Part shown: positions 38,001 to 52,214 of the stretch, in pieces | Layout: each line of letters begins with the position of its first letter | How positions within the stretch are numbered: the stretch's first letter is position 1 | Source of the DNA: Trichoplax adhaerens | Lineage: Eukaryota > Animalia > Placozoa | Assembly: GCF_000150275.1 (NCBI RefSeq) | Contig: NW_002060946.1 | Span: 6,615,855-6,679,854 of the forward strand | Direction of reading: 5' to 3' | Length of the DNA stretch: 64,000 nt | Program-made: the position numbers and the translations under genes | The notes under the pieces: generated by a model | Told to the model about the DNA's origin: nothing | The model's input: only the letters and a program-made list of their open reading frames with translations | Database searches by the model: none

Positions 38001-41000
38001 ATAATATCGCCAATATATTCCTACTTATTGAAAAATTGAATTGATAATATTTGATATATTGGTAACAAAATGAATTTCTTTCAAATTTAATGCTAAAGAT
38101 TTTTAGGTAAATACTGTTAACAACCATTAGCTGCAATTCAGAAGTTTGTAATCATCATAATAAGCGACGGCACCTTGACTACAAGCAGCAACATAGTTAT
38201 CAGTTCATATCTTGGAGATATCGAAATCAGGGCAGAATAAGCATTCAAGACAAATTTAAACATGGTAATTAGAAAGAGAATTAGTAAACTGTCTTAATGA
38301 AATCGCTACAACCACTAATTTGAAGTCCTAATATTGTTGTGACTCAGTTAATTCTTTATCTTTCTAACTATTGGTAAGATGTACGGTAATCTTTCAGATC
38401 GTTATAAGCCATTAATCAACTTACTAAAACTAATACTATTATTGAATTCATTAACTAGCAAAAGTAATCAATATCTTATGCCAGTACATACTGCAAACAA
38501 TTTCAATAGTAGTCTTCCTATCTGCCAAAGGCGTAATAGAAATTAAAAGTGAACATTTACAAATAAAATTTCAATGACATTGACTATCCAATTTCGTCTA
38601 GTTTTAAGTATTTCCTAACCAATAGACTATTAATTACCCAATCATGACTCACAATTTTTATAGAATAATGCCATCATCATCCGTTGAGTGTATAGCATCT
38701 AACAATTAATCAAAACTTATTTAAAGCTGATCAAGATCATGGAATAATCGAAGTCCTGTAGTTAAAAAATGACACCCCATAGTAGCCTATCGCTTTCGAT
38801 TACAGCCTAAAACTACTCAACACCAATTCATTGTCAAAACGATATTTTATTTTTATTTCATCCAAATCTGATTTCTATTGCGTTGTGTTACGGCATTATG
38901 TTGCCCAGATTATAGAGTTTAAGAAAGTATTGTTGCTGACAGTGTTTTAGTGTTATAGCATATAGTTGTAAGTATTTTAGAACGGTAGTTCTTAGGCGTT
39001 ATAGTAGCAGTACTATATTCTTACTAGATCTTTCGGTAGATTAGGGTAGTAATCTGTAGAAGCTACTCAAAGTAAATGCTTTACATTAGACTAGTAAACT
39101 TGCCAGGAAGTAGTCAGCGACACGCTGCTACATCCAACTCATTTGGTGCTGATATTTAACCTAAATGATTCTTATAGCCTATCCGATAGCGACAGATCAT
39201 CGAAGCTATCCGAATTTTTGACCTAAACACCTCTTTTAGTCAATGAATTCAAATACAATTTATACTCAAAATAAGTAAAGATGTTAATATTCCGTGACAT
39301 TGTATATCAATTGATCATTCAATCAGAGTTGAACATAACTATTGAATTCTCGGTCATAAACATATCAAGTTGTCCTGTTTTTAAACTTGAAAAATTCAGC
39401 GATAGAATAATTAATCTTTCCATTGTGATTAACTGCAAAATTAAACCAGTATTAAGATTGATTTTGTATAATGTTAAAACTTATTTGATATATACGCTAG
39501 ACACTATAATCAAGGTTCAAATTTGAAATTCACTCCTATCTTCTCGTAATTTCATCATATTTCTATCTATTGTGTACTTTAACTTTATCTAAGATATTAA
39601 TTTTTTTGGCGTACTCTGAACTTATCTGATCTGTTTTGAAAAACTTTCGGGATAAAACATCATGCACAAACTTAGGCTACAGCAACTATTTATCTATTAT
39701 AATCTTTCTCGCTATTTTTCTAATAATAATATATCAATTAGTCTAAATTGTACCATTTAATATCCCAATCAACCATCATAATCTTACAACAAGCCGCTTA
39801 TTATACTTGTGAGGAAGTTGTTAGTCTTACTTACAGTATTTCTCCGTAGTTAGTTGGAGTGACTAAGTAGCTAGTAAGTTAGTTGATCACTCACATTAGA
39901 AGATAGTAGACAGTGAAATTACTCCTATGAGTGACATCAATATAAAGTTTCTAGATAAAAATTTTTATGAAAGAATATCGACCTAAAATCAGAGCAATTT
40001 CTAGCCTCAGCGAATTAAATAATTTTAGCTAGAATATTTATAGCTAACGAAGCGATAGACGTATAATTGCTGCATCACGTAGAATCTAAAAATCTCTAGT
40101 GACTATATTTATAACATGAGTTATCAGGACCAATGATCAGACCAACGATCGCAAATTGTAGTTGATATTTAAAAATACCTAGAAATCTTTTACATTTTTT
40201 AATTCTCATTTTAAAATACTTTGTTTAAAATTTAGATAAATGTAAACTTTTTTGCATTACTGTTACGGATTTACTAGCGTCTCTGTATCTAATTATATGA
40301 TTTTTTGTATCGTATTCATATCGGTTGTATTGCAACCTTATCAGAGCTTAACGGCACTAGTTCTGTTTCGTACTAGATCAGTATAGGTACTGTATTGTAC
40401 AGTATATATGGTGGTAAGAAATCAGAATAAAGGTAGATATTCACGTGGAAGCTTAGTTGCCGATCTCGCTTCAGTTGACTGAGAGCATACCAAAAATCAG
40501 ACGCTATCGTTACGGCTAACAATTACCTTCCATAATAACAGTTACGTTTTATTTTGAAAGACAGGCATTTAAAATACATATCAAACTCGTTTATTTTACA
40601 TAAGATTCCTACTGACGATAAATAATGTACCAATTATAAACTGAACATTTTAATGTTAAATTAAATAGAATCAGCATTACCAGAATAAAGCTCATTAAAG
40701 TTTTAAATTTTCATTCAATAATAAGTATTTACCAAGTTGGTTTAATATTTTTTCCGTTTTAATTAGGCTATATTTTATATTTACAGTCCAAAAAATCCTA
40801 AGTGGAATAAAATTTTAATAGATGCTGTAAACACGTCATATAAAATGGCAGCTGCTATACTCTTTTTTTGTATTAGAGTTGGAAATATATATGTTAAAAA
40901 TTCAAATTCTAGCCTATTTCTATGGCCAAATGAAATGAATTCATGTATAACAAGTGGCAAACTTAAGAATAGAGATAATTTGCTTTCAAAAATGATCTAG

Positions 41001-41191
41001 TAATAAAATTGCTTATTCTGTAAAAGTATAGTGGATAATTACTTAAGATAGATTATGGATAATCTCGATTATCTCATTTATCAAGAAGTATACGAGAGAA
41101 ATGAGTTATTAAAATCTTTGATATAGTTATTGGTTAACATTAAATTAGCTTGAACTAATAAATCTATTATTTTCCTCACTGTATTGTCTAG

Positions 41192-44100
41192 TATGGAATA
41201 ATAAATCACATTATCCAGCTGTTGGTAGAAGAGAAATTTGGTCAAGAATATTGGAATGATGTAAAGTAAGTACAATACTTAGTAGTTAGCATGGGAGGCA
41301 ACGTATTCCGAAAAACCGACTCAGTAAAGATAAAATTTTTCATGATCTACTGTATTGTTATAGATCATGAAATAGGTTGATTTTAATTTAAAATGAGTCC
41401 TATATCATAATTAATTTATCACTTATCCCGTAGTATGCAACCGATGTTGAATGATATTAAAATAGTAATCTGATACAAGACGGCTTGCTTCATGATAATC
41501 TCTTTCCCTATCACATCTTCTAAACCGATATTATCATATCCATATCGACACTAATGAATACTATCATTTTTTAAATTAAGTATGCTCCAAAACAAACAGT
41601 TAAGAATTAAGCATAGTAGCTGATTCAGCCATGTTCGTTCATTTGCCCTCTTTTAATCTCGATATCTTTCTTTGATTGAAAGTAATTACCCAATATCAAT
41701 ATTAATCCGATTATCAGATGCGATATTCATTGACCATGAATCGTTAATCCATTAAAATTATGAAATCGATAAAAATTAATCACTGAATAGTTAAAGTATA
41801 GAATTTATACGTTCAAATAGACTTGTTTCCTCTTTATTCAAGAAAGACGAAAGATATACAAGTAATAGTTATTCAATATGTTTAAAATTAAATACCACCA
41901 TTAAAAGAATTTCAAATATGCTAATTATAATTACTGGATCAAATCAACAAAAACAACAAGTATATACAAAAAATATCCGTATCATCATTGAAATTCTTAC
42001 TCATGAAATATTAGTTTCGCATCAGGAATAGATTGTTATAAATTTCAATAGACAAACTGTAAAAGAAATTAATTAAATATCTAATACAATCTAGTATTCT
42101 AATTAAATGCTCTCTATCTTTTAGAATATGATGATTGAGTTATTGCATATTACAACATACCCATTAAAAGTCAGTACATAAGTAGGCTAGTAACTATGCT
42201 ATTTCGTTTTCTCTATTAATTATGATGTTAATCAACTATACTACCAGTAAAAATACGCAGTTTAATTTTTCAGCCATTTCGAATATTATCATGAATAATG
42301 TGGAGTATTCGGTGATGAATGATACTCTAAAATCATATGTATACGGTAAAGTAATATCTTTCAGTAAGTAATATTCTTCGTTATTAAAAATGAAACGACT
42401 CAATATCAAACCTTACAAATAGAGACGGCGAAAAAGTATAAAAATAACTTTCATACCTAAAAGTGGCCCATAAAAATTTTATTAGTAAAGTCCTTACAAT
42501 TTAATATACATAAACTTTATAAGCATCGAAAGCGATTTGATATTGGAAGTACTTTCATTTTACTATATGTAGAAATCAGTTAAAAATAACTCCTGTTAAA
42601 ATAAGTAGAATTAACAACAAGTTCTTTCTACCTTACACTAAATTTGATTACTATTAGTTAATAACGGTAATTTCCAGCAAGAATTTATTTCGTGGACTAT
42701 AATAATATTCCTATTTAAAAATTATTATAAAAGTAATTCATGATATTGGAAATCAAATATTCTTGTTAATTAGATGAAAACCCCTGCACATGCTAACCTA
42801 TTTTTTTATATCGATCAGTACTAGAAGTACAGCACATTAAAGTTTTCCTTGATTAACCGTTGGTAAAACAGATCAAATTGTGTAATCGATACAACTTTTC
42901 TGAAACTTTGTTTTGGAGTCAGATTTCCTACAGCTACACAAATCATGATTAATCAACAATTTCCTCTCTACTACTTGAAATAGCAATTATTGAAATTGCG
43001 CACGGAAAGATAAAGATAATTAATTAATTGATCATTCTCGACGATAACGATGTAATATCGTCAATATGGCAAAGTTTATATCTTAAAACTAGTTAACAGA
43101 ATCTATTTTTACTTATTAATATTTAATGCAGGAGTCACAATGAAAACTTAGTTAGTTGCTGGGTAATATCATCCATTATCTGTTTCTTTTTCTAATAGGT
43201 GAAGTAGAGAAAATATTTAAGAGTCAGCAAACTATCTATAATTAAATATAGTATTCTTTGATAAGTTAACTCCAAATTCTAAATTTTGTTCTATACTGGC
43301 GTTGTACATAAATTTAATTTGAATAATGATACAATATTTCAACAACATTGTAGAAATTTCTACCATTAGAAGTTGAAACTAAAATTAGTATTCTACAATA
43401 AATATTATTAGTAAAAATCTTCACTTCAACACATGCGCCCGTATCATGTCAAACGATATAAGCTTTAGTACGGATAATTATATGCTTATTTTAAACCAGT
43501 CCTCTTACTAAAATATTTCTCTGTAATTTATTAGACATAAACGATTGATTCAATATACTGACTTTTTATACACAGTCCATCGTTGCTAAGAACAGTGTGC
43601 TGTTATGTTATTTTAAAATACTTTCTAGAAAGATATCCTATGTATTATATTGCAGCTCCGTTTTCGATACGTGAAATAGAAGGGTTATCATCTAGTTATA
43701 ATTGAGATACCTAAATGCTCAATTGTATATACATCCATTTCGATTGTAGATGAGTATTAGTGCACAATTTTTACTGTTAAGATTCCAGTTGTATAAAAAA
43801 TGTTGCTATTCCATTTAGAGAGATTCTTTATTCGAAATCATTACGAAATATTCATTTTAAAATAGGCCTTTAGCAAATAATTTTCAAAGATTCACTTTGG
43901 TTAGAATGATTAAACAATAGAGGTTGCAACTACTCTAACTTGTTTAATTAATACTCAACCCTAGCTACCACTAAGCTATCATGAAAATACTACGAAAAAC
44001 CTCAATTTCAATCTATTAATACTGTATAAGCTAATATTGCCCTTCAATTGTAAAATCTGTGCATCTCGACTCATGAATAACTTAAAAATTCAATCAACGA

Positions 44101-47100
44101 CAACTGTTTTCACAGATTCCCAATTGGACTAAAATAACTAACAAGAAGAAGCATTAACCCTATAGCTTTCATACTGTATTCAGTCTTACTGATTTATCAA
44201 ACAATCTAGATCTGTTCATATTAGTTTGCCTTCAAATTATTGTAAGTACGACTATGCCGAATTTATACATTCCAGAGAAATTTATCACCTTAAAGGAGAA
44301 AAATTATCTCATATTTCCGATATATTGTCCTGATTGTAATTACATTATTAATATGCTGCGTTTAACCATATCGTATTTAAATTAATAGATAACAACCCTG
44401 TCGGAGTTACTAATTAATGTAGCACAAAAACATACCTCCCAGACAATAACTAGTAAACAAAAGTTGAGAAGGGGTCAAGGAAACTATCAATTGGATTTCA
44501 AATATAGATCTGGCTAACAGCTTGACTTAATATGACTACAACAATTCATTGCCAGATCTGCACCTTTAATTAAAAAAATGGAAATTATCGAATTAAAATA
44601 GGAAGAGATAAATAAGTAAAAATAATTTCTTGTTAAATTATGTCCATTCCCAATTAAATCTATTATCATAAGTCGGCCGAATATTATTTATCCCACTTTC
44701 GTTAATCATTCTAATTCCGCATTCAATAATTACTTTCGTAATGCTCAATACCAATATACTTTAAAAAAAATGACTGATTTCGGGAACTACCTCTTGAAAT
44801 AACTTTCTGAATGAAATGAAAATATAACACGTACAGTAGAATCGAGCATAAATTTACCCTTTAACTTGAAAGGGTTATAGAAAGTTTATTTGATCAATCT
44901 GAATCACAACGACTTTATTCACGCGTATGCAGAAAAACACTCATTTATAAAATAATATTAAAGTAAATATTCATATTAAAAATAATTATAGACTATACCC
45001 TCTATAGGATCACATCTAACATGACTTACAGTTCAAAAGACTTTATATTGGATTTCGCATTCATTACTTACTGTAATGTAACTTAGTATTGTGATTGTAG
45101 ACTGTTAGCCATGTGTAGTATAATGTACGGTAGATATTTATCCTAAGAGATATTTGGTAGCTGTAACTATAGACTGTAGTGGTAGAGACGCTATGCTAGA
45201 GTACAGATGACTATATACAGTAAGCTGTTGAGTTACTAATATGGCTATAGGTAAAAATAGAACTGTAAATCATATATTAGGATATGGTTAATTCATTGTA
45301 CTTTGGCTGGTGTGAATAATGTCTACGTAAGTACTGTAGTCGTATCCATATTGGATTAATGATGGTCTGCAGTAGAATAGTCTTACTAAGAATAAGTTAA
45401 CTATGTGTAAAATAAGGTAAAAGGTTGCCATGCGGATTGTAGCTGCGAATGCTACGGAAAGTATAAAAGCATGTAACTTTAGATTATTCTGTTAGTTCGT
45501 TGTAGAAGTCTTTAGAAGTAGTATTCGGCTAGAGTAGAGCTGTGTAGTTAATCTTTGTATAAGATTCAATAAAGCCCTTATTTTTCTAAAATTTGGAATT
45601 TCGTGATTGGTATATATCACACTTACATAATATTGCAAAATTCATCATTATAAATGTCTGTTTAATTTCAGCATCAACTTCTGATAAGATTGAATGATAG
45701 AACTAGGCTTATAATTGTGATAATAACAGACATTGCGTCAACAAATTAGCTGAAGCAGTCATAACAACAACGCTTGCCTGAATGAAAACTTTAAATTTAA
45801 TTAAAATAGACCACTGACTGGATTACTTAATCTATAGATTGCTATAAAATATACCGTCGTAAGTGCTAGTTCTAATGTACTCTGTATATAGTTTATATAG
45901 TGCTTTAATAAAATTTAAAAATTAAAGCAGCTAACGTCATTAAAAGCAAGTTTGATCCTCAATTAGACTTATTCACTCTCTTCTCCGTTGTCAATTAATC
46001 TTTACTTACAACGCCAATTTCCATCAAAGTTTCATTAACTGCCTAGTAAACTAATTATAATATCGCGAAAAAATCAGATTCTACTATTGTAGATAAATGC
46101 AACTCTATAGAAACTAAATCTTTTACACTCGTAAAATTTAATTTTAAATTTTACGTAAATATTCTTTTCATTTAAGGTATGTATGCATATGCTATAAATA
46201 ATAAGATATTTCACTTTGCATAGGGAATAACAATTGCATAGATTATAATCATTACATGAACCACTGCGCTCCATTTTTTTATATTTCTTATACATTGAAT
46301 GACTATACTCGTATTCAGGCTTGAAATGGTTACATAGTGTTTACTTTCATTGAACGTAAATCTTATTCAATATGAAATATGACATCTTACACTTAAAATA
46401 GGATACTTAATCATCATAGCAACCAAATTGATAAGAAAAAGAGTTTGCAACTTGATGTAAAACATTTTTATTGTTGATCTTTAGCTAAAATCTGTTTCCA
46501 ATAGGAGTCAAATAGATAGAACGTATCATTCAAACTGAACCCAAGGCATTTATAAATCTTTGAGCTATTTCACAATTTATCTCTTGCTATAGAGGTCTTT
46601 GAGATGCTGATTTTAATGGAGTTAGGCTTTGCTATCCGTAAAAGATTTTTTATGATAGGCGTTTCTATTCGATTTTCACATAAAACTGAAAATTATTGCC
46701 TATCTACGGTTCAATTTTAAATTATTAAGAGAGTTACCGTTTGAATCTATTTGCCTTTTGCAAAATATTCATTTTTATTTATTAAACAGAAAGCATAGTC
46801 TAGAAATAGCTTATTCATACGAATCTGGAAAATTCCATTTCAATCTAGTTATACTTTAATTAACTTACAGCGTAAAAACAAATCAATATAATAATATTTG
46901 AATTAACTGCCGAATACAGTATAATAACACCAATGATTTAATTATCTGGCGTAGAGAGATCGATATTCGCTGGAATGAAATGGCGATTATGTCCAACTAA
47001 TGTAGAATTTACAAATTTCCTTCGATTTAAACTCTAATACAGTTTAAACTTACTATCAATATTACCATAATTTTAACTATATACTACGTAACAAAATATG

Positions 47101-50100
47101 GTAATAGCATGATGATAATCATTTATACTCGTATGCCATAGTATCGCTGAATGCATGAGACTCATAAAATGTCCGGTATATACGTTATTCAATTTTAGTT
47201 CATAGGTCCTTTCAATTACCTACGAATAGAATTTGTTAATTTAATAATTAAATTTTAAAAACTCTTCATGATAACAAATATTAGAAATGATCAGTTTCCA
47301 ATGCAATAGCAGGAACATGGTTGCTATTCCTGCCGTTATATCTCTCTTGCCTTACAAGACAAGAGAAATACTGTAGATGGCAGCCAAATCGTCAGAACTA
47401 TCATTTGCAATAACGTTATAAGAAATTATAACCCACATGCATGATCTTGTTAATTTTTAAAAGGGCAATTCATGCTATATCTTACTGCCTTCCAATTACT
47501 GTTAACAGTTTTCAAATTTACGCGATCATCTAGACCATACTTGAAAATAGCTAGCAGTTTTATAATAATTACTAATAAAAAGCCTGTACGATTAAATACT
47601 TTATTAATCGAAAGGAATAGCGAATTGATTAAAGTTCTTCATCTCGTATGATTTATCGTATTATTATAAATTAAAATAATGCAGCAAAGGGTACTTATAA
47701 TTTCCATGATGCTCATAATTTTTTGTACTCTTGAAATATTTTGCATCTAGTGATTGGAACATACTTTAGATATAGAATTATTCGTCTCGAATTATGTGTA
47801 ACTTATATTTAGTTAACGATATTACTAAAGAATCCTAAATTTACAATTGAAAGATCTGATTTAATAAGTTCTGGAAGACCTAATTAAATCATTGATTTCT
47901 TACGAATTTATATTTAACTATTCCTTATTTTCAATAGCTAGCCTAATTAAACATCAACCTATATTATATTACTACTATAGCATATGAACGGTATATAATA
48001 TTAGATATTGCTATAACATAAGCCATTGCATCGCAGTACGATTTATTGAGTGCCATATTTTTTCAGGCTATAGAAATAAATAATTATAATTTCGGCACTA
48101 GAATAATTTTTAGGTTTTAGGTATAAGCATTATTCCAGTATTATCTACGTATATTGAATAGATCGATATTCATTTCATAAATTTAGGAATCGAGCTGGTG
48201 ATATTCCCGAAACTTTTATTATGAAGCAAAACTACGACGACAAGATCACCTATGATTTGGTTAGAGCTATTATGGATAAAACAGGTAAAAGCTAATCCTT
48301 CTATGGACTGGATTGATTACAATTTATTGATTATCCTTTATGAAATATAATGATATTATTTCACTCTAGCAGTCTAGTGTAGATAGTGCATTCATTGATT
48401 CAACTTAAAATTTAGTATTCGATTTTAAACCTTTATTTTACGCGTGCACACATCATATATTAGGTATGAGCATCCATCAAGTTTTTCATGCATTTGGTAA
48501 CTTTTGGGTTGAATGGACGGAACGCAGTAACTACATTATTATGATGCGAATTATTGGCCCTAATCTGTATGCCTTTCTTAACAATTTGAATGCTTTACAT
48601 GTTCACTTAAGTATGACATTTTCCAACATGATACCACCGGAATTCTATTGCGAGCGAACTGATAATCCTAATATCTATCGCCTTCATTATCATTCCAATC
48701 GTAAACTACTACGTGGCGTGGCATCCGGCATTATTGAACGAGCTGCTGAAGTAATCTTTAATCTCAAATTGGAAATTGAATGTATTTATGATGGCATTGA
48801 TGAAGACAGGGATACATATCGTAATTATGCTATCTTAGAAATTCGAGAGATTGGTTTAGTCGAAGCTAACAAATGCATTCCTTCTTCAATATCGAAAGAA
48901 AATCTTTCACTTTCCCCACAATTTCTAGATCGAAATGACGATAGTTCAGAAGAATTTATAACCGGTGAAATTTTTTGCGATACATTTCCTTTCCATATCA
49001 TTTTCGATGATGAAATGACAATTCTGAGAACAGGTACTAGTTTATCACGTAAATTACGGCGACTGAGCAGCGTTATCAAGCCAAAAGTAACCGATCTATT
49101 CCAATGTTCTACTCCGCCCATTCGATTAAATAAATCGAACATAATGACATATATCAACAACAATTTTACCTTACAACTGAGATCGGATATTACTGATTAT
49201 TACCTAAACTTGAAAGGCCAAATGATCCGATTAAAGCACGAACGCTTTCTTTTCATTTGCTCACCTGTTGTCGATCGTCTAGCTGATCTTGAAAAGCGAG
49301 GTCTATATATTAGCGATTTCCCAATTCATGATCATTCACGTGAATTAATGTTACTCAATGAGCAACGTGTGGCTGAATTTCATGTCCATAAAAGATTAGA
49401 AGAAACAACTGCAATGTTGGAAAAGACTTCGACAGCTTTAGCTAAAGAAAAAATTAAAACCGACAACTTGCTTCATTCTATGTTACCCCCTACGGTAGCT
49501 GAAAAATTACGAGAAGGTCACGAAGTTGAAGCTGGTGAATATGAATTTGTAACCGTTTTATTTAGTGATATCGTCGGTTTTACCAGTATCTGCAGTCGAT
49601 GTAAACCAATTGATGTGGTAGAATTCTTGAACAATCTCTATACACGATTTGATCAATTGACCAGCCACTACAAAGTATATAAGGTAGGTTAAAATATCAA
49701 CGCTATTAATCTTCTTCAACTAACCTGTAGCATGCCAACATCATTACTGAATGTATTGAACTAATAAGTAACAGTCCAAATTAATTGTAAACTGTTCTTT
49801 AATTGCCGCCATGATTGAAATGAATTGGTTATAATGAATTAATTAAATATAAAAAATATGAATAGAACAACTTTCAAGTATTTTAAACAAATTAATTAAA
49901 CTTTCAAGTAGATTAAACTTATTAAAGCCAGTATAGTGTAGTGTTTGAATTTGAATCAGTTTGAAGTAGAATGGAGTAGAGCTGGAGCTAATCGATAATA
50001 GAAATAAATTTTTTAATTCTATGTAGGTAGAGACTATTGGCGATGCCTATATGGTTGTCAGTGGTGTTCCAGATGTAACTGATGCACACGCTCAAAATGC

Positions 50101-52214
50101 TATCGACATGGGTCTAGCCATGATTGAAAAATCTGTTTATGTTTGTTCACCGGCGGATGGTAAACAAATTCAGGTAGTTTTATAATTTCATCATGGTAAT
50201 TTTATATCATTTTAAGTTTTAGTGCAATTCTTTTAAAATGAAAGAAAATTTATAAATCCGCCGCCGTAGCTTCCTTTGCAAGACGCTGATTTCTGGTTGT
50301 AAGCAGAATGCGCACAGTTAAAGAAAACCCATATTTTAGTCTGATCTAGACACAGCGTCTAATTAGGATAAATTATTCAGTCAATTGCATGTCAAGAGTA
50401 TATAATCTCATTCTTGCATTGTATCCGATGAAGCTATTCCTGACAATTATCTAATGAATACCGTAAAGCTTGTTATAGCTAAGCTGAAGGGTTATCAAAC
50501 GTAAATAATATTTAAATTTTCTGCAATAGATTCGAATTGGTATCCATTCAGGACCAGTTGTAGCTGGCGTTGTTGGTCATAAAATGCCACGATATTGTCT
50601 TTTTGGCGATACTGTTAATACTGCCAGTAGAATGGAAAGCCATGGTGTTCCTGGCACGGTTCACATTAGCAGTGCAACTTACGAGTAAGTGAGTTTCACT
50701 TATTGCAATGAAATATGCAATTACTAGATAGATCTGACAGAAGAGATTCTTGCCGTAAATGGTTGCTAGGATATAAATATCAAGTTCAATTTATCTTTAA
50801 TCTTTTAATGTTAATTACTTATGATGAAATAAGTAATCATTGATAGAATCCAATAGAAGACATCCATAAATTATAAAATTTTGTTAAAACATATCAAGGC
50901 ATTCTGATTTATTATCGTATTTATCTTGGAAAATTGATCGTGTCTATTATAAATTAAATTAAAATATCCTTGATATGTGAATCTTTCGCTTTCGTATTAA
51001 AATAATAATTGAATAGGATAATTAGAAGAGATGCGATCAATTTTTTAATATATATACGAAAATAAATCAGAATGCCTTGACACGTGAATTATAAGCCACT
51101 GATATAAAATATGATAAGCAATCGCCTTAATGTGTGAGTTTCTGGCCGTCGTAATAAAAATTATTAGATAGAATCAATGCACAGTAAGATATAAATGTAG
51201 TAAATTTACTAAGTAGATACCGTAGTAAATATATTAATACTCACACCAATGATATGAGAGTTTTAAACCAAGGTAAAAAAATACGATAGAATAGTCATTG
51301 ATTAAGTGTTGTAGTCTATATCAAACACCAGAGATAGTTACGTTAAATCTACTAAATTATAAAATTTATTTAAATAGTAGTTATTTACTATAAGCTTTCA
51401 GCTATCCAAAAGACATAGTCGTTATAAAAGTATTAATGCAATAGATACAAACGGTAAATATACTCAAACAGAAATAATTCAGTGTACTTTAGATGTGAGA
51501 GTTGTAACGTGCGGTAATTAGATTTGATCAAGATATAAATCTATTCGATATACTCTTAATATATGAATTAGAAATTAATAATCTACCTAGCACATTCTTA
51601 ACAAAGTAGTCATCCATGATCGATAACGATTTCTTCGTACAGGAGCTAATGGTATTGAATTGTTGTACATGTTACAACTACAGCACTCATAAGCAATAGT
51701 AAATAGCTGAAATTTTAAGCTAGTAAATGATTGATAATATAATTTTAATTCATAGTAACAACCTGCTGATTGCCTTATCTATCGTAATAGGCTTGTTAAG
51801 GAGTCCGATTATAAGATTCAATTACGTGGAGATATCACTATTAAGGGAAAAGGAATTATGAGAACCTATTTTGTTCTCAGCGGTAATCAGGTTGAAATAA
51901 AAGAAGTTGAAACCGTTGTTAATGATACCTCAAATAATCATCGTGGCCAAATTCGTTCCCAGCAATGGCTAATTGTCGAAGAAGACACCAATGATGATGA
52001 TACACAACCATCACGTAAATTAAATCTTGAACGTATAGCATCGACGCAATGCGATGCTGGTGTTCAAGTCAATCTTGAAGATGAAAATGGTTTAACTATG
52101 AATTCCAAAGCGCTAGAGGCAAATCCTCCTAACAATCATGGTAGTAGAAATAATCGTCGTCGCACAATTACTGGAAAGAACAAAGCAAGATCATCAATGT
52201 GTTCGCTTCTGTGA
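41192..52214 (+). CDS. Soluble guanylyl cyclase, beta-type subunit (H-NOX, PAS/HNOBA, coiled coil, cyclase, C-terminal CaaX), ~706 aa
   Basis: Exons 41192-41265 ([25 protein letters not shown]), 48187-48284, 48464-49683, 50027-50173, 50530-50684, 51791-52214, with consistent phases. Heme His in LNALHVHL, YxSxR in YHSNR; [18 protein letters not shown] and [19 protein letters not shown]; ends CSLL*. The ATG lies on a separate upstream exon; a tentative candidate is ATG|gtaatt at 38262-38264. Confidence 0.95.
50894..51080. mobile_element. Fold-back / MITE-like element with ~52-bp imperfect inverted arms, in the last sGC intron
   Basis: 50894-50945 (tcaaggcattctgatttattatcgtatttatcttggaaaattgatcgtgtct) is the near reverse complement of 51029-51080. 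Confidence 0.6.

Noticed and set aside
41338-41372. 12-bp-stem hairpin (and a 10-bp stem at ~61471-61510)
   Set aside because: Short AT-rich inverted repeats that could arise by chance; no further support.
48825-49163. Antisense ORFs (also 3541-3777, 8727-8945, 55214-55459)
   Set aside because: Shadow frames of real exons on the opposite strand.
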